64,000 nt of DNA, from NCBI RefSeq assembly GCF_009914755.1, contig NC_060933.1; one strand, 5' to 3'. The stretch comes from the human T2T-CHM13v2.0 reference genome, Homo sapiens. Numbering within the stretch: position 1 is the first letter of the stretch; every line of letters begins with the position of its first letter. Under the pieces are notes generated by a model. That model saw only the letters and a list, made by a program, of their open reading frames with translations, ran no database searches and was not told where the DNA came from. Made by a program: the position numbers and the translations under genes. Shown piece by piece: positions 14,054-29,005 of this stretch.

Positions 14054-15528
14054 TCAGGAACAGAAAAAAAAAAAAGAAAAAGAAAGGGCCATTATATAAT
14101 GACAAAGGGGTTAATATAGCAAGAGAATATACAATTATAAATACACATAAACCCAATATTGTGACACCCAAATATATAAAGCAAATATTAACAGACCTAA
14201 AAGGAGAGATTGACTATAAAACACTAACAGTGTGGGTACTTCACCACCCTACTTTCAGCAATGAACAGATTATCCAGACAAAAGAGACAGACAAACATCA
14301 CAGTTAAACTACATTTTAGACCAAATGTACCTAACAGACATTTACAGTAAATTCCACTCAACAGCTGAAGAACATACATTTTTCCATTTTTTCTCAACAA
14401 CACACGGAACATTCTCCAAAAAAACTGTATGTAAGGTCAGAAAATAAGTCTTAACAAACTTAAAAAAAAATCAAACTCATATCAAGAATCTTTGCTGACC
14501 ACATGGAATAAAACTAGAAATCAATAACAGGAGGAATGTTAGAAAGTGTTCAAATTTATGGATATAAAACAACATGCTCTTGAACAATGAAGAGATTACT
14601 GAAGAAATTTAATAGTAAATTAAAAAATTCCTTGGGACAAATGACAATGGAATACAACAGATCAAATACTTTTGCTGTATGGAATACAGCAAAATGAAAA
14701 TGAATACAAATGAACACAGCAAATGAAAATGGAATACAACCGATCAAACACTTTTGCTGTAGAGTTTACAGCAATAAATGCCTATATCTAAAAAATAGGG
14801 AGATAAATACACAACCTAATGTTATGCCTCAAGGAAGTAGAAATGTAAGAATAAAATAAACCCAAAATTAGTAGAAGGAAAGAAATAACAAAGATCAGAG
14901 CAGAAATAAACAAAATAGATTTAAAAAGTAATACAAAAGAACCCCAAAACGAAGAGTGCATTTTTTGAAAAGATAAATAATATGGACAAAAATTTAGTTA
15001 TACTAAGAAAATAAGAAAGAAGACACAAATAAATAAAACTAGAGATGAAGGAGACATTACAACTGATACCACAAAATAGAAAGGATCATAAGAGACTATT
15101 ATGAAGAGCTATACACCAATAAAATGGAAAATCCAAAAGAAACTTATGAATTCTTGGACACATACAACCTACCAAGATTAAATAATGAAAAAATAGAAAA
15201 CGTGAACAGACCAATAACGAGTAACAAGAATGAAGCAGTAATATACTCCCATTAAAGAAAAGCCCAGAACCTGATGGCTACACCACTGAATTCTACCAAA
15301 CATTTAAAGAAGAACTATATTAATACTTCTCAAACTGTTAAAAAAAAAATGGAAAATGCTTACTTTCTAAGTCATTCTATGAGGTCAGCATTACCCTAAT
15401 TCCAAAATCAGGCAAGGACACAACAAAACCATAAAACTTTAGGCCAATATCCCAGATGAACATAGATGCAAAAATCTTCAACAAAATACTAGCAAACTGA
15501 ATTCAACAACACATAAAAAGATCATTCA

Positions 15529-15837
<309 letters not shown>

Positions 15838-17881
15838 CCTTTACCATGTCAATTGGGATTCATCCCAAAGATGCAAGGATGGTTCAAAATATGCAAATCA
15901 ATAAATGTGGTACATCACATTAACAGAATTAATTAAAAAATGATTATTTCAATAGAATTGTTTTTATTGGAAAAGCATTCCATAAATTCAAAATCCTTTC
16001 ATGATAAAAACTCTCAGCAAACTGAGTATAGAAGGAACATACTGTAACACAATAAAGGCCATATATAACACACCCACAGTTATAAATGGGAGAAAGTTGA
16101 AAGCTTCTTCTCTATGATCTGGAACAAGACAAGGGTATCCACTTTCATCACTTTTTATTCAACAGAGTACTGAAAGCTCTAGCCAGAGTAATTAGTCAAG
16201 AGAAAGGAATAAAGGGCACTCAAAACAGAAAGGAAGAAGGGCACCCAAATCAGAAAGGAAGAAGTTGAATGATGCCAATTTGAAGATGACATGATCATAT
16301 ATATAGGAAACTCTAAAATCTTCACCAAAAAACTGGTATAACTCATAAAAAAATTCAGTAAAGTTGCAGGCTACAAAATCAACATAAAAATCATTAAAAT
16401 TTCTATACACCAGTAGTGAACTATCTGAAAAAAGTAATTAAGAAAACAATTTTATTTACAATAGCTACAAAAGATACCTATGAATAAACAACCAAGGAGG
16501 TGAAAGACCTCTACAATAAAAACTATAAAACACTAATGGAAGAAATTAAAGAGGAGGCAATTAAATGGAAATATACCCCATGTTCATGGACTGGATGAAT
16601 TAATATTGTTAAAATGTTCCTATTACTCACAGTGATGTACAGATTTAATGCAGTCTCTATCAAAATATGAAAGACATTCTTCACAGAAATAGAAAAAAAA
16701 TAAATTCATATGGAAATATAAAAGAACCCAGAGAGCCAAAGCAATCTTGAACATAATTAACAAAGCGGGAGGCATCATATTACCTTTCTTCCAAATACAT
16801 TACAAAGCTATAGTAAGCAAAAAAGCATAGTACTGTCATAAAAACAGATGCACATAGACCAATAGAACAGAATAGAGAACCCAGAAATAAATTCATGCAT
16901 TTAAAGCCAACTGATTTTTGACAAAGGTGCCAGGAACACACATTGGGGAAAAGACAGTCTCTTCAATAAATGATGCTGGGAAAATTGGATATCCACATGC
17001 AGAAGAATTAAACTAGACACTTATTTCTCATAATATGCAAAAATCAACTCTACATGTAGAGAAGGCTTAAATAAAAGACCTGAAACTAGGAAAGTACTAG
17101 AAGCAAAAATAGGAAAAATGTTTCATGAAATTGGACTGGTCAAGGATTTTTGGAGTAAGACCTCAAAAACATAGGCAACAAATGCAAAAAAGACAAATGC
17201 GGTTACATGAAACTAAAAGACTTCTGCACAGCAAAGGAAATGAGTAACAGAGTGAATAAACAACCTACAGAATGGGAGAAAGAAGTTGCAAACCATGCAT
17301 CGGACAAGGGGTTAATATCCAGAATATATAAGAAACTCAAATCAGCTCAATAGCAAACAAACAAACAAAAAAACAAAACAACAACAACAAAAAACTCCAA
17401 ATAATCCATTTGAAAAATGCCCAAAATACCTGACTAGACATATCTGAAAAGACGACAACAAATAGCTAACAGGTACATGAAAACAAATGCTCAACATCAC
17501 TCATCATCAGGGAAATGCAAATCACAGCCATAATGAGATAGCACCTCATCCCAAATAGAAAGGCTGTTTTTAAAAAGACAAAACGTATATAATAACAAAT
17601 GCTAGGGAGAATGTGAAAAAAGAGGAACTCTTATGAACTGTTGGTGGGGATGTAAATTAGTACAGTCATATGGAAAACAATATGAGCGTTCCACAAAAAA
17701 TTAAAAATAGAACTACCATATGATCCAGCAATCCCATTACTGAGTATGTATCCAAAAGAAATGAAATTGGTTATGTCAAAGAGATATCTGCACTCCCATG
17801 TTTATTGCAGCACTATTTGCAATAGCCAAGATATGGAATCAACCTAAGTGCCCAACAACAGATGACTTTATAAAGAAAATG

Positions 17882-17894
17882 ACACACACACACA

Positions 17895-17926
<32 letters not shown>
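17882..17926. repeat. (CA)n microsatellite inside L1
   Basis: Direct reading. Confidence 0.95.
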
Positions 17927-18735
17927 TAAATAGTATTCAGCCATAAAACATAATAAAATCCTGTCATTTGTGGCATCATGAATGAATCTGTAGGACATTA
18001 TTTTAAGTGAAATAAGCCAGGCACAGAAAGACAAACACTACATGTTCTCACTCATATGTGGAATCTAAAATACTTGATTTCATAGAAGTACAGAGTAGAA
18101 GAGTGCTTACCAGAGGCTGGGGAGAGTATAGAAGATGGGGAATGGGAGAGACTGGTTAACAGGTACAAGGTTACAAGTTTCTGGTGTTCTATTACACAGT
18201 AGGGTAACTATAGCAAATAACAATGTATTATATATTTCAAGATAGCTAGAAGAGAAGATTTTTGAGTGTTATTACTACAAAGAAATAAATGTTTAAACTG
18301 ATGGATATGGTAATTACCCTGATTTAAACATTACATTATACATGCATTGAAAAAGCACACTGTACCCCACAAATATGTAGTTATGCCAATTATAAACAAA
18401 AAATCATTTTTTAAATTATAAAATAAATAAAAGAGACTACTTGCACAGTATTTTCTGTTAACTGTGTTTTTCCCCATTTTTATCAAACTTTTGTTATTTC
18501 ATTTCCTATAATTTTTAAGAAGTTCTTTATTAGGAAGATTAGTCATTCATCTTTGTTATATCTGCAAGTATTTTCTCCAAATTTTAATTTGATTTTGAAT
18601 TGTGTATCATGTTTTTATGTAAGAAATTTTATTTTATGCAAAATTTATAAATTTCTTTACTTAATTGCATCTTGATTTTAAATAATAATAAAAAGGCTTT
18701 ACCCATATAGGGGTCATACAGGAATTCATCCATGG

Positions 18736-19047
18736 TTTTTTTTTTTGTTTTTTTTTTTTTTTTCAGACAGTATCTTGTTCCTGTTATGCAGACTAGAGTG
18801 CAGTGATGTGATAGTGGCTCACTGCAGCCTAGCTTTCCAGGTTCAAGCGATCCTTCCACCTCAGCCGCCCGAGCAACTGGGACTACAGGTGCACACCACC
18901 ATGCCTGGCTAATTTTTTTATATTTTTAGTAGAGATAGGGTTTTGCCATGTTGCCCAGGTTGGTCTCGAATTCCTGGGCTCAAGCGATCTGCCCGCATTG
19001 GCCTCTCAAAGTGCTGGGATTACAGGCATGAGCCACTGCTGCTGGCC
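18736..19047 (-). mobile_element. AluJ (Jb-like)
   Basis: Poly-T; CTCACTGCAGCC, TTGCCCAGG and CTGGGCTCAAGCGATC J-type diagnostics. Confidence 0.92.
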
Positions 19048-19974
19048 TATGTTTTCTTTTAGTACCTGTATGTTCCTCTTTTTGTTTTATGCTTAGATCT
19101 TTGACCCATTTCAAGTTTATTCTGGTACATGGTATGAGGTATGGATTCAACTTCATCATTTTGCAAATAGGTATTGTGTTTTCCCAACATAACTTATTAA
19201 AAAGGTCATTTTTAGAGATTAGAGATATTCCAATGATTAGAGATACCACTTTTTCAGATATTACATTTCCATATACATGTGAGTTTATTTTTTGATTTTT
19301 TTATTTCATTCTTTGGTTCACCTGTCTGTGTGCCAGTTCTGCACTGTTTCAAATATAGGAGCTTTATAGTTGTTTTTTTTTTTTAACATCTGGCAGAGTT
19401 AACCTTCCCTTACTGCTATCTCTTTTAGTATTTTCCCAGCTATTATCAGATGTTTATTTTTCCATGTGAACTTTACAGCCAACTTGTTTACGTCCAGGAA
19501 GAATAAAATTTAATGTATTTATTAGGAAATTATCACATTTATATATTAATTTGCTCACCTCTATTTTTGTGTCTTTTGTGAAAAGTGCTTTAAAGTTTTC
19601 CTCATACAGAGCTGGCACATTTCATGACGTGAAATTTTATCATATTATTCCTTTTAATTCCTTTTGTTTTGTACCCATGAAAGCTAATACTTTTTATATA
19701 TTTATTTTATATTTTAATATTCCACTGAAATTTTTTATGGTTTGTGTTGGCTTCTTTATTGAGTCTCTAAGATTTTTTAGATATTATGTTATCAGTCAAT
19801 ACAGACAATTTTATTTCTTTCCAGATTTCTTTAGTACATTTGCTCTTGTTTGATCTCATTGGCTGATACATCCAACACAATATTAAATGATAGTAAGATA
19901 CTGGCCATTCTTGCCTTGTTCCCAATCTTAATGTGAATACTTTGTGTTTCTTCACTGATACTGGTATTTGGAGA

Positions 19975-20066
19975 CACACATACACAGATATAGATATGTA
20001 CACATACACGCATATTTGTACAGATGCTACACATATACACACAGGTCTATACATGAGAGAGAGAGA
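19975..20066. repeat. Degenerate CA/TA/GA low-complexity tract
   Basis: Direct reading. Confidence 0.7.
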
Positions 20067-22879
20067 TGGTTATATTAAGCAAGGATTCATTAATTCCTAT
20101 TTTGTTGATTTTGGTTTTAAATCAGGAACGGGTGGTAAATTTCATTAAATGCATTTTTTTCTTTGGAGATAATATGACTTTTTTCCTTAGATTTACAACT
20201 ATAGTAAATTATACTGGTGGATTTCCTGTTACTGAAACATCCTTGCATTTCCGAAATAAATCTTTCTTAGTCATAAGATGTTTTATGATGTGGTGTTAGA
20301 TTTTATTTATTATTTTTACAATTACATCTATATATGAGACCAGGTTAATGCTTTCTTTTTTGTGTTCTCTTTATAATATTTGGAATCGATGCCATTCTTA
20401 TTTCGTGAGAATACTTTGGAAGCTTTTGGGGTTTTTTTTGTATTTCTATGCTGTGAAACAATTTTTGTACATTTGGGATGATCAAGTCTCTGAAGGTTTG
20501 GTAGTATTTATGCATGAGACTATCTGAAGAAGTGTTGTTTGGTGAGGTGGTTCTTTGATAACTATCTCTGTGGAAACCAGTTTAAGTCTTTTATCTCTTA
20601 AGCCCAATTTTGATATATCATATTATCCTAAGAAATTACCCATTTCAGTTAGATTTTAAAGTTTATTTGCATAGAGTAGTATAAAGTGGCCTTAATGATT
20701 TTTAAATTTTCATTATTCCTTGGTGTTTATCCATTGCCATCTCTTGTTTTGTACATTTGTAACTTTCCCCACAAATATATACATTTTCCCCTTAGTTTTG
20801 ATAATCATTTGTCTAATTGATGACCTATATTTTTAAGAACTGGCTTTTCACTTATTTCTTAATTCTACTGTTCTATTTTCTGCCACATTCATTCCTGCTC
20901 TTATAGTTATTATTTTCTCCCTTCTGCTTTCTTTTGATTTATTCCCAACTTCCTTACGGAGTGTTTTTGGATTGGAAATTTTTTCATTTATTTATAAATT
21001 TTTTTACTGGCATAAGTATTGGAGGCTCTAAACTCTTCCTTAATCACTACTTCAGTTATATTAACAGATTCAGATATATAGTGTTTTTAACATCATTATT
21101 TTGTAAAAATTCTGAAATTTTGGTTTATAATTATTATTTCAAGAATAGTTTAATAGTGAGTTTTATATTTAAATTTCCAAGTGGGGCATTTTTGTTATTT
21201 CTTGTTCTATGAATTGTAAGCAGAAAATATTATATTTTTGCATTTTTCCACTTTATTTCTCAGAATGTCATGACCTAACATATAACCTAATACATGATTA
21301 TTTTTGTGAATGTCCTATGTATATTCTCTATTATTGTGGTGCAAACTTTGATATACAAAAAAATCCACCTTGTTATATAGAACTTTTATATCTTATTTTT
21401 TATCTGTTTGACTTGTTTGTGTGTGAGAGTGGAAAATCTCCTGTCATTCATATTTCTACTTCTTGCATCTCTCTGAATTTCTGCTTTACAAAGTGGCTTA
21501 CTTTTTGATAGATATTAATTACTAAGGGCCTTCATTGTGTATCGTGGCCTTTAGCATTATAAAGCATCCTTCTTTGTTTCATTTGGGCCCTGAATTCTAT
21601 GCTGACTAATATCAAGATGGCAATTGCTGATTCCCTATGGCTTGGAATTGCCTAGTATACTTCTAGTTATTTATTTTTAGCCTTTGGAATCACTTTTAGG
21701 CATATATTGTATACAACATTGAGTTGAGTTTTGCACTGTGAGCTAATATGAAAATCTTTTTTTCCTCTATAATTTGTGAGTTTAATTCATTTACATTTAT
21801 GGGGATAGCTTATATGTTTTGTCTCAACTTTGTGATATTATTTTATGCTATACTTATTGGTAATTTGATGATTTACTATATTTCTTTCTCCATATAATCA
21901 GCTTTCTCTTTTCTTTTACTTCTTTTGTTATTTAAGAAAGTTTCCTTTTTTTCAGTATTTTTCTTTGCACTAATGCCTTTTATAATGGCCTTATGCACCT
22001 GGCCAATTCTTTAAAAAAGTAATGCTATAAGTATTATTCTTTCCAGTTACATTTCCTCAGACTAACATGAGTCAGATGGGCTCACTCTCCTGTTGCATTT
22101 GGTACCTGAACCATAGATGGGCTACTGTTTAAAATACTGACTCCCTCTATTTAAAATTATTGTACCTTTAAGACTCAAATTGCATGCAAATTGGTCCTTC
22201 AGTTGAATGCTCTCAGTTCGGTCGCTTTGACAACTTCTCATAAATGTTGAGACACTGAGCACCTACCTTGTACCTTGGTAGCTACTCAAAAGAGAATTTT
22301 CTATCTTCCTATTAGTTGTAGGTAATGCCAATGTGGAGGCTGAAATGCTAAGCAGTGAATTATAATTAACACTTCAGCCAGGGGTTGGAATAATTTCCCA
22401 TGTTCCAGATAACCAGACTTATTTAAAGTCATGGAACTCTGATGGAATAAATGGTTTGGACAAGATAAAAATCAGTCTACATTGATCTAAGAATGTGCTA
22501 TAAGCAAGTAATGGCATAAACACATTTATTCAAGTGGTTGTAAACTGCTATACTTAGAAGACTTATTCTGTTTTGATGACATTTAAAGAGGGTTTCCCTT
22601 ATCATTTCACTTTGAATTTTATTAATTGGGTTCTCTCACATTCATTCTGTGTTCTGAATTGATAATCCAAAACGTTCTTTTTTATAATAGGGTAAATGAA
22701 AATAAACTCAACGAACCAGAGTTCTTTAATAATTTTATTCATTAAAGATTTTGGATAGATTTTTGTTTTGAATGGAATATTCATGTGTCACACTGAGGAT
22801 CAGGTATTGGGCAGTTCCCTTGACAGGGTTTCCTTTAGCCTAATAATAATAATTCACAAGAGAGGTAAAAAAAATTCTA

Positions 22880-23121
22880 GGCCGGGCACGGTGGCTTACA
22901 CCTGTAATCCCAGCACTTTGGGAGGCCGAGGGAGGCGGATCACGAGGTCAAGAGATTGAGGCCATCCTGTTCAACATGGTGAAACCCCATCTCTACTAAA
23001 AATACAAAAATTAGCTGGGTGTGGTGGTGCGTGCCTGTAGTCCCAGCTACTTGTGAGGCTGAGGCAGGAGAATCTCTTGAACCCAGGAGAGGAGACTCCC
23101 TCTCAAAAAAAAAAAAAAAAA
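22880..23121 (+). mobile_element. AluSc-like with ~50-bp deletion in the right arm
   Basis: GATCACGAGGTCAAGAGAT diagnostic; right arm jumps GGAGAGGAG|ACTCC; TSD AAAAAAAATTCT on both sides. Confidence 0.92.
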
Positions 23122-23193
23122 TTCTGAAGATATTACCAAATGTGAATGTACTACAGATCTCATTGAAATCCTTTAAAAAGTTGTGATTATACA

Positions 23194-23231
23194 TGTGTGG
23201 TGTGTGTGTGTGTGTGTGTATGTGTGTGTGT
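23194..23231. repeat. (TG)n microsatellite
   Basis: Direct reading. Confidence 0.9.
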
Positions 23232-23234
23232 ATA

Positions 23235-23925
23235 ATGTAATGTTTTCCATTTTAACCATTTTTAAGTGTACAGTTTGCTGGCATTAAGTACATTGACATC
23301 ATTGTGCAACCATCACAAAAATCCATCTCCAGAACTTTTTTCATCTCCCTAAGTAAAATCATGTATCCAACAGTAAGTCATCATTCCTCCCTCCCTACTC
23401 CCAGACCCTGGCAACCACCATCTTACTTTCTGTCAAATTTGATGATTCTCATATAAGTGGAACCATATACAATTTGTCCTTTTATGACTGACTTAATTTA
23501 CTTAACATAACATCTTCGAGATCCATCCATGTTATAACATATGTCAGAATTTCCTTCCTTTTTAAAGCTGAATGATATGCCATTATGTGTATATTCCACA
23601 TTTTGTTTATCCATTTATCTGCCCATGGACACTTGGGTTGATTCCATCTTTTGGCTATTGTGAATAATATTGCTATGAAGATTATGATACAATTTTTTTT
23701 TCCTGTTTTCAATTCTTTTTGGTATATACCCAGACGTGGAATTGGTAATTCTATTTTTAATTTTTTGAGGAACACGTTCTGTTTTCTACAGTGGTTACAT
23801 CATTTTATATTTCCACCAACAGTGTACAAGTGTTCCAATTTATCTACATATTCACCAACACTTGTTATTTTCTGTTTTTATTTTTTAAATAGACATCTAA
23901 TATGTAGAAAGTGGTATCTCACTGC
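23235..23925 (-). mobile_element. L1MB-like 3' end
   Basis: CCATTTTAACCATTTTTAAGTGTACAG...GTGCAACCATCAC; ORF 23482-23775(-) gives AKRWNQPKCPWADKWINKMWNIH (L1 ORF2 C-terminus). Confidence 0.88.
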
Positions 23926-24214
23926 AGAACATGACTTTTTGTGCTTGTATTTATACTACAAAGTTATAAATGTAAGATTCAGATTTAACCACTTGAGCAT
24001 TGTGCTATGTGCCAGATATGTCTATATACTGTTAAAAATATTTTCACATTTACTGCACATAAGAAGCTCAGCTAATCTACTTCTCACATAAATTCATCAG
24101 AGAGACTTTCCAAAATGTTCCCAAGAAGACATGTATAGGACAACCATGATATATTTCTGCTTTGCTCAGTTTTCTTATCTCTTTGGAGAAAGATTAACCT
24201 TTTAAATAAAAGAG

Positions 24215-27200
24215 GGCAAGAAAGGAGAGAAAAAAGGAACTTAAAAGATATAGAATGAACAGAAAACAAATAGTATGGTGGCCTATTCGAACCAAAATAT
24301 ACAAATAATTACATAAAATATAAATGGACAAAAATTAAAAGACCAATATTGGCATGATGGATGGTAAAAACAAATAAGAAAACAACTAAAAATTCCCCAC
24401 AAAACTAAAAAATGACTATATGCTGATTATAAGAAATGCACAGTAAATATAAGGATGTAAAATGTTTAAAATAGAAAGATGGAAAATATATTCCATACAA
24501 ATATGACGCAAAGAAAGACAGGCTAATATCAGACAAAATAGGATTTAAGGCAAGAAACATTGTTACAAATAAGGTTATTTAATGACAACAAAAGGCCAAT
24601 TCACATAAGAAAATTAATGTGCATATACTTAATTATATAATCTTAAAATTTATAAAGCAAAAATTGATAGACCCAATAAAAGATAGAAATTCCATAATAA
24701 TCATCAAAATACATAACACACCTTTCTCGAAACTGATAGAATACGCAGGAAAAATGTCACAAAAAACATAAAAAATAAGCAACAGATTTGACCTAACTGA
24801 CATACATAGAACTCTATACCCAACAATGGTTGCATATATGTTCTTTCCAAGTAAAAAATAATACTTGCCAAAATATTTCATATTCTGGGCCATGAAACAA
24901 ACCTAAATAAAATTTTCAACATAAAATCATGTAAATGTTATGATCACAGAGTAACTAGCAAGGACTTCAAATAACAAAAAGATAACTGAATGATCCCCCG
25001 CTGTTTAAGATCTGAAAAATACATTTCTAAATAACCCATTGTTCAAATATAAAATCAAAATGGAAGTTAAAAAGTGTTTCAGAATGAATTGTAATGAAAA
25101 TATGACACGTTATAACTTGAAGAATATCTCTAAAGCTGTACTTCCAGAGAAAATTTATAGCTTTGGTTGAATATATTAGAAAAGCAAAAAAAATGCCTGG
25201 AAATCAATACTCCAAGGTCTATCTCAAGAAGCTAGGGGAAAAAAAGTTAAATCAAAATAAAAAAGAAAAAAGGAAATAATGAAGATAAAAGTAAAGATTA
25301 ATGAAATAAACAAATAGACACAATAGAATGAAAGAAGCAAAAGGTGGTTTTTAGAAAAGACAAATGAAACTGATAAAATCCTAGCAGGACTGATTAGAAA
25401 AACAGAAAAGTTGCAAAAAACCAATCTTGTAAATGTAAAAATGGTCATCGTCATATAGCCAGCAGACATTAAAAATAGATTTTATAATTATTTGTATGCC
25501 AATAACTTAAAAACTCAGATGCAAAGGGAAAATCCTTAGAAAAATAAGACTCAATGAAGCTAACAAAATAAAAAACAGTAAAGTATGAAAATCCTATACC
25601 TTTTTAAGAAATTTCATCCATAATTTAAAATGTGATAAAGAAAACTCTAGGCCTAGATAGAATTTCTTCCACATATTTAAGGAAAATATAATACCAAACT
25701 TAACCAAATACTTCAGAGGACAGAAAAAGGGAGAATATTTCCCAAGTCACGATGAAGCCAACAAACCTTGATACTAAATCCTGACAAGAACTTTATGAGA
25801 AGATAAATCACAAGCCAATATCTTAAAATCTTAGGTAAAATATCCTAAACAAAATGTAAGTAAATAAAACTCAGTGATATATAAAAAGAACAGTACATTA
25901 TAACCAAGTCAGGTTCATTTCAGGAGTGTAAGAATGGTTTAATATTCAAAATTATATTAATTCACCACATTAACTAAAATAAAAAGATGAGGATGATAAT
26001 ATTAATATGCTTATGTCAAAAATGCATATAAACAACTAAGAATAAGAGAAAATTTCTTTCAAATGATAAAGTTTATCTACAAAACAAACAAACAACTAAA
26101 CCCTACAGCAAATATGATCTTTAATAGTAAATATTAAAAGCTTTCCTCTGGAGACCTGGAAAAAGATAGAGATGCTTGTTATCACCACTTTTGTTCAATA
26201 TTTATTGGAGGTCCTGGTCAGTGCAATAAAATAATAAAATTAAAAGAATATTGGAAAGGAACTAATAAATCTGTTATATGACTAAATATAGAAAAGAATT
26301 GTAGCAGTACAAAAAGACTCCAAATAAATTATAAAAATTAATACATGAATCTGCTAAGGTCATTATCTAAAAGGTCAATATATAAAAATCACTTTATTTC
26401 TGTATATCATCAATTACTGAGTAAAATTTTTTAAAGTTCCTGTTTGCATCAAAAATCTTTAAATGCCTAATAAAAATTTTAACAAAAGCCATGGAAGTAC
26501 CCAGAAAAATACAAAAATATTGACAGGAGATTTTTAAAGACTTAAATAATTGGGGGGAATATATACTAGATTCATGGATTGGAATATTGATATTGTAATG
26601 ATGCCAAATCTCTGCAAATTGACCTATAGATTCAATGCAATCAGAATCCCATTCCCAAGAGGATTTTTACAAATTGGCAATCTGATTCTAGAATTTAAAT
26701 GAAAATTTAAAGGCCCACAAATAGCCAAAACAATGATAAACTAGAATGCTTACACAACCACATTTCAAGCATTCATATAAAGCTAGAGTGTGTCAGTGCA
26801 AATAGAACAAGGCAACAGAATAGAGGGTTCAGAAATAGACCCACTCATATATGGAAATTTGCTTTATGACTAAAGTTTCACTGTAGAACTGTAGGGAAGG
26901 GATAGTCTTTTAAAGAAATGGAACCAAATTGGTTGGATACTCACATGGGAAAAATATATTTTGACTACTACTTCACACTATACATAATTTATTTCAGTTG
27001 GTCTTTGATCTAAATATAAAAGGCAAAACAACTAAGCTTCTAGGTGAAAAATTAGACAATATTTCTATAATCTTGGGAGAGTAAGATATGTTTTAAATGG
27101 GGGTGAAAAAAAAAACCAAGCCAAAACAGAAAAGTTGATACACTGGACAACATTAAAAATGTCTGCCTGTAATCCCAGCACTTTGGGAGGCTGAGGTGGG

Positions 27201-28320
27201 AGGATCACTTGAGCCCAGAAGTTCAAGATTAGCCTGGGCAAGAAAATGAGACCCTGTCTCTACAAAAAATAAAAATAAAATCAAATAAAATTAACCATGC
27301 ATGGTGGTGCACACCTGTGGTCCCAGCTATACAAGAAGCTGGGCAGAAGATCACTTGAGCCCAGGAGATTGAGGCTATGCTGAACCATGTCTGTGCCACT
27401 GCACTCAGCCTAGGTGACAGAGCAAGACCCCGTCTTGAAAAAAAAAAAAAAAATTCTGCTCACCTAGACAGTTTTAAGAAAATAGAAACACTAAAAATGG
27501 GATGATTTATTTGCAAAACACATAAGCAGTAAATGGATTTACATCCAGAATATACAAAGAACTAGCTGGAAAACATATGAAAATGTATTCAATCTCATTA
27601 GTCATCAGGAAAATGCAAATTAAACCCACAATGAGATAAAAACATCTACTCTCAAACTGGCTAAAATTAAAACAACTGCCTAGACCAAGTTTTGGTGAGT
27701 TAATTGATCAAGTAGAATTCTCATACACTTTGGTGAGACTATAGAACAGGAAAACTTAGGAATACTGTTCAACAATATCTACTAAACTTGAAAATTCTCA
27801 TAGTCTACAGTAATTTGCACAGTAATTGCACTTCTAGCATATGCCCAATGGGAAGTTTATATCTATGTACTCAAATAGAGGTATAAGAATGTTTATAGCA
27901 ATATATTCACAATAAGCTAACTAACTGGTTAAATACACCCAAATGGCCATCAGAGTTTGAATAAAACATTGTGCTATTTTAATACAAGAGGCTACTTTGC
28001 AACAAAAAAAAGAAAGAATTACTGCTGAATGCAACTATATGAATGTCTTTCACTAACCTAATGTTAAGTAAAAGAATCCAGACCAAAAGACTAATATTGT
28101 ATCTCTCAATTTATATAAAGTTCATAGCCAGGTAAAACAAATATGTAGTGTTTGAAGTCAGAATAATGGTGACCTTTGGGAAAGAACAAGTGGTGACTGA
28201 GGTAGTACATATGAGATTTTGGGAGGTGCTGGTATTGTTTTATTTATGGTGAAAACTTATTAAGCTATGCAGATATAATTTGTGCTTTTTAAGTATGCAT
28301 GTGCTTCACTAAAAAAATTC
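24215..28320 (+). mobile_element. Ancient L1 (L1ME3-like), degenerate ORF2 plus 3' UTR
   Basis: A-rich sense L1 with endonuclease, RT and C-terminal remnants (TTCATGGATTGGAA, GGAAAATGCAAATTAAACCCACAATGAG); L1ME-type end GAAGTCAGAATAATGGTGACCTTTGGG. Confidence 0.85.
27165..27453 (+). mobile_element. AluJ (Jo-like), slightly 5'-truncated
   Basis: GGAGGATCACTTGAGCCCAG-like motif in both arms; TSD-like AAAAAT(G)TCTGC flanks. Confidence 0.92.
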
Positions 28321-28559
28321 CGAAAATATTGACAATTTATAACTCAATAAAAAGTGTGTTAACTCAAGTGTGAAGTAATCTGAAATGTGACATAATTTTG
28401 AGCAATTCATGGGGATAATCGATTTTAACTTGGTATTAGGAACCTTTGTATTGAAATAGACAAGGGGTTGTTACTTAGCACGCTAGGGAAATGGGTAATG
28501 AGATCTTTTTCAATTTTAAAAATCTAGTAATGTCTATTGACCTTCAACTTTTAAAATCA

Positions 28560-29005
28560 AACTATAAATAAACAAGACAATTATCATTACAAAACAATGT
28601 AAATGTTGAAAAGTTTCACCAGGTATAAGACGAAATATTTGAGGTCAGATTTGGGGAAGCAGTAATGTCATACAAAGTCGGGAGATCAAGAGATGAAGCT
28701 TCCAGGATTCCTTGAAGGTGCACAGGTGATCAGTGAACAAACTGGAAATCACAGTTTAACCAGAGGGGAAGGAAGAAGAAGGAATAGAGATGAACTGATT
28801 TCAGTAAGACCTTATATATCACAGCAGAAGGTAAATGCATAATATTCAAAGTTGATAAACCAAGAGGTAGCAATATATCATTGAGAGATAAATAGGCAAA
28901 AAACAAAAGAAGCTAAAATGCAAACAAGTAAAAGGTGTTGCTTACAGGAGGTTGGAATGAAGATGGTGACTGGGGCCAAGGCTGTTGCTTTTTATTATAA
29001 ATTAA
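28560..29005 (+). mobile_element. HAL1-like 3' fragment
   Basis: AAAGTTGATAAACCAAGAGGTAGCAATATA and GGCTGTTGCTTTTTATTATAA resemble the recalled HAL1 3' end. Confidence 0.45.

Larger units (their letters stand above)
18431..21950 (-). mobile_element. Ancient L1ME-like ORF2 body (continuation of 10190-10691)
   Basis: T-rich antisense L1; ORF 18980-19249(-) gives LFNKLCWENTIPICKMMKLNPYLIPCTRINLKWVKDL and ORF 19767-20054(-) gives LRLGTRQEWP (RT GTRQGCP-like). Confidence 0.85.

Noticed and set aside
16212-16261. 25-bp tandem duplication in L1 ORF2
   Set aside because: Real but a routine slippage event in a dead element
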